NCBI RefSeq assembly: GCF_003945235.1
Contig: NZ_RSDW01000001.1
Location: 840,001 to 872,000, forward strand
DNA length: 32,000 nucleotides
Reading direction: 5' to 3'
From: Edaphobacter aggregans
GTDB taxonomy: Bacteria; Acidobacteriota; Terriglobia; Terriglobales; Acidobacteriaceae
The first letter of the stretch is position 1. Each line of letters opens with the position of its first letter. The translations under genes and the position numbers were made by a program. This document shows, piece by piece, positions 17,661-23,625 of this stretch. The notes under the pieces are model-generated. The model made no database searches and had not been told where the DNA came from. It saw only the letters and a list, made by a program, of their open reading frames with translations.

Positions 17661-18560
17661 ATGAATGTGCAGTCCGCAATCAACGCAGGCCTCTTCGTTC
17701 AATTTGTCGCAAACACCTGGCAGGATGCCACCGGGAAAAACGCCGACCTCGACGACCGCCCTATCCTAAACACCACCGGCCAGCCCATCATCCCAGGCAA
17801 AAACTACACCGTTCTCAAGACCCTCTACGCCTGCGACCTCGCCACCGATATCCATCCAAACCGTCCATGCGACGACGGCTGGAAGACCATGGGCATCCTG
17901 GCCACAAACGACAACGACCCCAACGATGTCTTCATCGCCATACGCGGCACCCTTACCATCTGGGAGTGGATCCAGGACGTAAAATTCTTCCCAAAACCTT
18001 TTTCCAATGTCACCGGCAGTGGACTAACCGAAGACGGCTTCACCGACATGTACCAATCGTTCTCCCTTAAACCATCCGCCAATCCAGGAGTCTTCATCAA
18101 CGATCTGATCGCGCTTATCCCGGCGCAGGCGACAGTCACCGTTACAGGCCACAGCCTCGGAGCAGCCATCGCCACCCTCTTTGCGCTTGACCTCGCCGCC
18201 CACTCCAAATTCCCACTCACGGTCTATACCCTCGCCAGCCCCCGCGTAGGCGATCTCACATTCCACAATGTCTTTGACTCCACAATCCTCAATGCCTTCC
18301 GAGTCGTCAATCGGCTAGATATCGTCCCCAAAACACCTCCGCCCCCTTTGTACATTCACGTGGGCGACGAGAGCGAACTCGTTCCAAAAGGACAAGTGAG
18401 CCCAACCATTCCCTGCGAGCACCATCTCACGACCTATCTCAACCTGCTCGCCACCGAAATAGGAACACAAGCCAGCTATCCCATCGAGGCTGATTGTGTA
18501 CCAGGAGCAAAAGCTATCCCCCTGACAAATCCCAGAGCATCGACCCCCGCTCAAGTCTGA
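17661..18560 (+). CDS. class 3 lipase (alpha/beta hydrolase)
   Basis: The nucleophile elbow is VTVTGHSLGAAIATLFALDLA, and the downstream RVVNRLDIVP is typical of the Lipase_3 family. ATG 17661 has GAGG 7 nt upstream. The alternative ATG 17574 has no SD. Confidence 0.8.
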   Translation: MNVQSAINAGLFVQFVANTWQDATGKNADLDDRPILNTTGQPIIPGKNYTVLKTLYACDLATDIHPNRPCDDGWKTMGILATNDNDPNDVFIAIRGTLTIWEWIQDVKFFPKPFSNVTGSGLTEDGFTDMYQSFSLKPSANPGVFINDLIALIPAQATVTVTGHSLGAAIATLFALDLAAHSKFPLTVYTLASPRVGDLTFHNVFDSTILNAFRVVNRLDIVPKTPPPPLYIHVGDESELVPKGQVSPTIPCEHHLTTYLNLLATEIGTQASYPIEADCVPGAKAIPLTNPRASTPAQV

Positions 18561-18805
18561 CCCGCAGTTCAAAAATGAACCTGGCCCTCCTAGCTTCGGG
18601 CACATTGAAAATGTGAAACAAAAACTGTTTGATTTTCTGCCCCTGAGCGTAGCGAACGGAGAAGACCCCCGTATTTCGCTTTGTCTTTGCTGTCGTTCGT
18701 TCCTTGGTTCTCTAGATCAACCAAATTTCCTCTAGCCTCGGGCCTTCTCTTCAAGCTCCACGAATCACCACCTTCAACCATCGAACCCAATCGCCCCTAC
18801 ACCCG

Positions 18806-18820
18806 CTCTGCTAGCATCGA
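18806..18820 (+). promoter_or_regulatory. second copy of the 15-mer CTCTGCTAGCATCGA, upstream of kdsD
   Basis: It is identical to 8727-8741 and ends 15 nt before ATG 18836. Confidence 0.3.
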
Positions 18821-18835
18821 CATGGTCCGGTAACC

Positions 18836-19852
18836 ATGTCCAACACACCCGCCAACCCGGCAGACCCCCTTCTCCCCTCCGACTTCGTCCGCATCGAAGT
18901 CGCCGCCCTCAACGAGCTAGCTCTCCGCCTCGACGGCCCCATGCTCGCCCCCTTCACCCAGGCCGTCAATCTCCTCCTCCGATCCGCCATCACGCAGAAC
19001 CGCATCATCGTCACCGGCATTGGCAAAAGCGGCATCATCGCTCGCAAGATCGCAGCCACCCTTCGCTCCACCGGAACACCTGCCCATTATCTCCACCCGG
19101 CTGACGCCCTCCACGGCGATCTCGGCATGCTCTCCCGCGGCGACACCGTCCTCGCCCTCTCCGCCAGCGGCGAAACCGAGGAGCTCCTACGCCTCCTTCC
19201 CCTCCTCAAGCGCCTCGCCGACAAGCTCATCACCCTCTGTGGCTGCGCCACCTCTACCCTCGCCCAAGCCAGCGACATCACCCTCGACACCAGCGTCTCC
19301 GTCGAAGCCTGCCCCCTCAATCTCGCCCCCACAGCCTCCACCACCGTCATGCTCGCCCTCGGCGACGCCCTCGCCCTCGAAGTAAGCCGTCGCCGAGGCT
19401 GGAAGGCCGAAGACTTCGCCGAACTCCACCCCGGAGGCCGCCTTGGCAAACGCCTGGCCCGCGTCCGCGACCTCATGCACTCCGGCGATGCCCTCCCGCA
19501 AGTCTCCCCAGCCACGCCCATGCCCCAAGTCATCTACGAGATGTCCCGCAAAAAACTAGGCATGACCACAGTCCTCTCTATCGAAGACAGCAACGCCGGC
19601 CAACTCCTCGGCATGATCAGCGACGGAGACCTACGCCGCCTCCTCGAGCGCGACGGCCCCCACGCCCTCGAGCGCACCGCCGGCGAGATCATGAACCCCA
19701 ACCCCCTCACCATCGACGCGAACGCCTTCGCCTCCTCGGCCCTCGCCCTCATGGAAGAAAAGAAAATCACCTCGCTGATCGTCACCACCCCCAACGGCCA
19801 AGCAGAAGGCGTCCTGCACCTGCACGACCTCTGGACCCTCGAACTCATCTAG
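18836..19852 (+). CDS. kdsD: KpsF/GutQ-family arabinose-5-phosphate isomerase
   Basis: The protein has a SIS domain (VTGIGKSGIIARKIAATLRSTGTPAHYLHPADALHGDLG) followed by two CBS-like repeats. Confidence 0.9.
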   Translation: MSNTPANPADPLLPSDFVRIEVAALNELALRLDGPMLAPFTQAVNLLLRSAITQNRIIVTGIGKSGIIARKIAATLRSTGTPAHYLHPADALHGDLGMLSRGDTVLALSASGETEELLRLLPLLKRLADKLITLCGCATSTLAQASDITLDTSVSVEACPLNLAPTASTTVMLALGDALALEVSRRRGWKAEDFAELHPGGRLGKRLARVRDLMHSGDALPQVSPATPMPQVIYEMSRKKLGMTTVLSIEDSNAGQLLGMISDGDLRRLLERDGPHALERTAGEIMNPNPLTIDANAFASSALALMEEKKITSLIVTTPNGQAEGVLHLHDLWTLELI

Positions 19853-19922
19853 AGCCGACACGATTCGCAAGAGCGAATTCAATCCATGTGCGGTGCTAGG
19901 CTAGGATGGAAGCCCCTTGCCC

Positions 19923-21176
19923 ATGAACGAAACAGTACTGATTCATCTCTCTGGTCCAAATCAACCGGGACTTACCGCGGTCCTGACCGCAATTCTGGCC
20001 AATTACCATGCCTGTGTGCTTGATATCGGGCAGGCTGTTGTCCATGAAACGCTTGTCCTTGGCCTTCTCATCGAGATCCCGCCCGACAATCTTCTCCACC
20101 TTCAAAACGCTCTGGTTGAAAAATCCAGTGAGTTGAACCTGCAGGTCAGTTTCAAGCCTGTAAGCAAATCAGATCTGGAGCATTGGATCTATTCGCAAGG
20201 AAAGGATCGCTTCATCATCACCATTCTCGGACGAGCGATCTCCGCGAACCATCTTGCCCGGGTGAGCGCCATCATCGAGGAGCATGGCCTGAACGTGGAC
20301 CGCATCGAACGACTCTCCGGAAGGAGATCGCTTGCGGTGCATAGCTCCAAATCAAATGCTTGTGTCGAGTTGCATGCGAGCGGAAATGCTACTTCCGAAG
20401 CCTCCATGCGAGCCGATTTTCTTGCGACTGCCCATGATCTGCGAATTGACATCGCCTTCCAGCGTGAGAGCATCTTCCGTCGCAACCGTCGCCTCTTCGC
20501 CTTCGACATGGATTCCACATTGATCCAGGGCGAAGTCATCGACGAACTAGCAAAGATGGCAGGAGTAGCCGATAAGGTGGTGGCTATTACCGAATCAGCC
20601 ATGCGCGGCGAGATCGAATTCCAGGAGAGCTTCAGACGGCGCGTATCGTTGCTGCGCGGACTTCCAGAGCAGAAGGTGCATGAACTACTGGGGACGATTC
20701 CTCTGGTCGAGGGAGCAGAGCAGTTAATTAGCACGCTCAAGTTGCTTGGTTATAAGACGGCAATCCTATCGGGAGGCTTCACTTTCTTCGCCCGGAATCT
20801 ACAGCAGCGCCTGGGAATCGACTATGTATTCGCCAACGAACTGGACATCGTCGACGGTAAGGTCAGCGGGCAAGTCAAGACCGAGATCGTGGATGGTGCA
20901 CGAAAGGCCGAATTGTTGCGCCAGATTGCCCGCAAAGAGAATATTTCGCTCGAGCAAGTGGTTGCAGTAGGCGACGGGGCCAACGATCTCCCCATGCTCG
21001 GAATAGCAGGAATGGGCATCGCCTTCCGGGCAAAACCCATCGTTCGGCAAACAGCTGGCCATGCGGTCTCGTTTCTGGGACTGGACAGCCTGCTCTATTT
21101 GATCGGGGTGCGAGATCGGGATTTTGATGAATTTCTATCGACTTCTCTCGAGAGGAGGGATTCATTCCAAACATAA
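19923..21176 (+). CDS. serB: phosphoserine phosphatase with an N-terminal ACT-type regulatory region
   Basis: The HAD motifs are FAFDMDSTLIQGEVIDELA and VGDGANDLPML. An N-terminal extension of about 190 aa resembles the long SerB forms. ATG 19923 is preferred over TTG 19917. Confidence 0.9.
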   Translation: MNETVLIHLSGPNQPGLTAVLTAILANYHACVLDIGQAVVHETLVLGLLIEIPPDNLLHLQNALVEKSSELNLQVSFKPVSKSDLEHWIYSQGKDRFIITILGRAISANHLARVSAIIEEHGLNVDRIERLSGRRSLAVHSSKSNACVELHASGNATSEASMRADFLATAHDLRIDIAFQRESIFRRNRRLFAFDMDSTLIQGEVIDELAKMAGVADKVVAITESAMRGEIEFQESFRRRVSLLRGLPEQKVHELLGTIPLVEGAEQLISTLKLLGYKTAILSGGFTFFARNLQQRLGIDYVFANELDIVDGKVSGQVKTEIVDGARKAELLRQIARKENISLEQVVAVGDGANDLPMLGIAGMGIAFRAKPIVRQTAGHAVSFLGLDSLLYLIGVRDRDFDEFLSTSLERRDSFQT

Positions 21177-21615
21177 GCATTTTGTAATCAGCATTATGCC
21201 AATGCTCATTTGAGATATGCCTCCACTTTGACTCTGGTTTACGGTCCCGGCTTCGCTTCCCGTCGCGACGGCTCTTCCGGAGCTCTGCCAAACCCCGCGA
21301 ATCACCCCCTGCACTTTAATTACGTGTCCGAAGATGTCCAATTTCCGCTCATTGATCTGCGACTACACGCCACTGTTCCTCAAGGACGCCGCCGTTGCAG
21401 CCATTTGCATCTACCCCTTGACACCGCGATAAAGAACTCTGTAATTTCCCTCCTGCCACTTGTTGTCCGCTGGGCGTGATCCGAATCGACGTTCAGTTAC
21501 CCGGGCCCTTTGCTAGATGGTCGGGACAGGGCAAGGTCCTCATCTCCTCTGAGTTTTCTTCTTCTCCCTTCGATCGCGTACCTGCGTGAGGAAGGCTCCT
21601 GTCAGGAGGAACGAA

Positions 21616-22350
21616 ATGAAAGCGTTCAAGTTGCGAGAGCTGATGATCCATGTGCAGCCAGCTATTCCATGTAATTTGCCAAACACAATAATCTGCCAAG
21701 CAGCCTGCTCCGTGGTGGCAAACACCGTAATCTGTCAGGCAGCCTGCTCCGTGGTGGCAACGGCATGCCATCCTTGCACGGCTGTACACACCTGCGCCGG
21801 CTGCAGTGTAGTTGCCTGCACTGCACATCCGTGCAGCGCCTTTGCATGCAGTGCCAATGCATGCAGCGCTTTCCCGTGCAGCGCACATCCCTGCAGTGCC
21901 AATGCATGCAGTGCGTTTCCATGCAGTGCTCACCCGTGCAGCGTTAATGTGTGCAGCGTTCATCCGTGCAGCGTTAATGTGTGCAGTGCAGTCGCTTGCA
22001 GTGCTGCCGTTGCATGCAGTGCTCGGGTCTGCACCGCTGCAGTAACTGTGATCTGCAATGTCCCTGCAAGCATCTGTGGGGCAGTAACTGTAACTCCGCC
22101 GATCGACATCGATCCTGGCGGTCCAGTGGAATCGATAGCCAACCTCGCAGCGCTGAAAGCACAGCTCAAACAGCAACTCGCCGCTGTTGAAGAGCAGGAA
22201 AAATCTGTCGGAGAAAGTCTGAAGCCTCAGACCGTCGCCGAAGTCGATGACCTTCAGGCAAAGCTGCAAGGAGCTATAGAAGAGCTAAAGGCTCGTCGCG
22301 CCGAACTTGAGAAGCAGGAAAAGAGCAAAGGAAAGGAGCCTGCAAAATAA
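21616..22350 (+). CDS. 244-aa Cys/Ser-rich pentad-repeat protein with a C-terminal charged helical tail; candidate RiPP (lanthipeptide-type) substrate
   Basis: AGGAGG (21604-21609) lies 6 nt upstream of ATG 21616. There are 26 Cys between residues 19 and 154, with 13 consecutive [S/T]-x3-C pentads. Repeat copies differ only at synonymous sites in this frame. The gene is on the same strand as, and 52 nt upstream of, the two enzyme genes. Confidence 0.75.
   Translation: MKAFKLRELMIHVQPAIPCNLPNTIICQAACSVVANTVICQAACSVVATACHPCTAVHTCAGCSVVACTAHPCSAFACSANACSAFPCSAHPCSANACSAFPCSAHPCSVNVCSVHPCSVNVCSAVACSAAVACSARVCTAAVTVICNVPASICGAVTVTPPIDIDPGGPVESIANLAALKAQLKQQLAAVEEQEKSVGESLKPQTVAEVDDLQAKLQGAIEELKARRAELEKQEKSKGKEPAK
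21682..21759 (+). repeat. tandem 39-bp in-frame duplication (NTIICQAACSVVA / NTVICQAACSVVA)
   Basis: Units 21682-21720 and 21721-21759 differ at 4 of 39 nt: three synonymous changes and one Ile/Val change. Confidence 0.9.
21805..22032 (+). repeat. 15-bp-period coding repeat array ([S/T]-x3-C pentads) with 45-bp and 30-bp higher-order units
   Basis: The array encodes SVVAC TAHPC SAFAC SANAC SAFPC SAHPC SANAC SAFPC SAHPC SVNVC SVHPC SVNVC SAVAC, then SAAVAC and SARVC. The 45-bp units 21850-21894 and 21895-21939 encode identical peptides with 8 third-position differences. Confidence 0.9.
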
Positions 22351-22402
22351 AAGGAAAAGAATCAGTTAAATCATCGGCCAACGGGCCACTTGGAACCTTC
22401 TG

Positions 22403-23623
22403 ATGGATGGCGGCCGTAACAGCACGAGTGTTGTTCCCCTGCGCGACATCCTGGCGGCGAACTTCTGCGCCAACCGGGAATACACACTCGTCTTGTTTGA
22501 CCGCCTTCCTTCCGATCAGCAGGAGCTTCTCCGCGATCTGACCAAAGATCCTGAGTTTTACGGCGTACTCCTTCCGCCCTCAAACACACAGCGCAAGCCC
22601 AAATCCACATGTCAGAGCACGGCTCTGCTTCTCTACTCTCTGATGGAGCCTGGTCCCATTCCCGCCTACGTCCAGGCCACACTTGGTGCCAGTGCGAATC
22701 AAGCTATCGCCGAGCTCGTCCTCGATGAGGTCCTCATGATCGAGCACGAGGGTGCATTTGTCTGCGGCAGCGCAGCCTACGATCTTCTTTACAGCGAGCC
22801 ACATTCTCACCAAACCCCTACCGCGCTCTCCGATCTCACACGCAGCGCTCTCGAGTACGGGCAGATGCTCGGCCTCGAAGATCCCACTATGCTCTCCGCG
22901 CGCCTCTACGCCTACAACCGCGTTCCTTTATCCCCTCGCTGGAAGCGCCTTCTCCCCGATCGAGACGGCGCGGCAAAGTGGCTCGGCATCGACCGCAAAG
23001 GAGAGCTGCGCCCCCTGCTTGATGATCGATGGGAACTCATCGCTCCATCCGCCGAGATGGAGGGCTGGTTCCAATGGTCTCCGCGGTCCAAACCGCCCCG
23101 CAACGGGGACACCGAAACAGGCTACAAACTTTACGTAAGCCCCACCCCCGAGGTCACGCAACAAGCCTTCAAGGCCGTCGTCGACTGCCTTGCCAACTCC
23201 GAAGCCTACCACTTTAAAGCCGGCGACGATGGATATGGCCTGCTCCGCCCCGATAAGATCGTCCTCTACTTCCGAAGCTTCGCCGCCCTCGAGAAAGTCG
23301 CACACAGCATCGCCGAATGCCTTCCCGGCTGCCCGGCCCAAGGGGTGCCCTTCACGGCCGCCTTCAACGGCAGCAGACTTCTCTCCTGGGGGGTTGATCC
23401 CCCTCGCCAAAGCGGCGTTCTCGCGTGGCAGGAGCGTGAAAGCTGGCGCCTTTGGATCACCAACCGCATCGCCGTCGCCATGATCGCTGCCAGCCAATCC
23501 CAGAATGGCCGCCTCGCTCCGTGGCGTTTTGCCCTCGAACGTCTTCGCCTCGATGCAATCGACACTGACACCTGGACGCCACTCGCAGCATTTGGACACG
23601 CACCTGCAATGGAGGCGAACTAG
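22403..23623 (+). CDS. 406-aa protein of unknown family; candidate stand-alone lyase/adaptor of the operon
   Basis: The ORF is intact and ends 2 nt before the next start. It carries YKLYVSP (res 241-247) and FKAGDDGYGLLRPDKIVLYF (res 271-290), which I associate from memory only with HopA1-type / lanthipeptide lyase-type domains. There is no obvious SD at ATG 22403. Confidence 0.8.
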   Translation: MDGGRNSTSVVPLRDILAANFCANREYTLVLFDRLPSDQQELLRDLTKDPEFYGVLLPPSNTQRKPKSTCQSTALLLYSLMEPGPIPAYVQATLGASANQAIAELVLDEVLMIEHEGAFVCGSAAYDLLYSEPHSHQTPTALSDLTRSALEYGQMLGLEDPTMLSARLYAYNRVPLSPRWKRLLPDRDGAAKWLGIDRKGELRPLLDDRWELIAPSAEMEGWFQWSPRSKPPRNGDTETGYKLYVSPTPEVTQQAFKAVVDCLANSEAYHFKAGDDGYGLLRPDKIVLYFRSFAALEKVAHSIAECLPGCPAQGVPFTAAFNGSRLLSWGVDPPRQSGVLAWQERESWRLWITNRIAVAMIAASQSQNGRLAPWRFALERLRLDAIDTDTWTPLAAFGHAPAMEAN

Positions 23624-23625
23624 CC

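Noticed and set aside
18630-18700. The intergenic sequence ..CCCCTGAGCGTAGCGAACGGAGAAGACCCCCGTATTTCGCTTTGTCTTTGC.. resembles dispersed intergenic repeat families of soil bacteria I recall.
   Set aside because: Only one copy is present in the window and the recollection is vague, so it cannot be supported from this sequence alone.
21418-21447. TTGACA-n18-TAATTT lies upstream of the Cys-repeat gene as a possible operon promoter.
   Set aside because: The -10 is a weak match (3 of 6) and the spacer is 18 nt. It is plausible but not strong enough to annotate.
21805-22032. I considered whether the tandem repeats could be a CRISPR array or non-coding satellite.
   Set aside because: The period is 15 bp, with 30- and 45-bp super-units, and there are no unique spacers. 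The repeats are in-frame and degenerate only at third codon positions, so this is a coding peptide repeat.
21493-22269. A 258-aa minus-strand ORF, plus six other ORFs on either strand, cross the Cys-repeat region.
   Set aside because: The region is open in all frames because of its codon composition. Differences between repeat copies are synonymous only in the plus frame starting at 21616. Only that frame has a strong SD, a non-repetitive N- and C-terminus, and the operon context.
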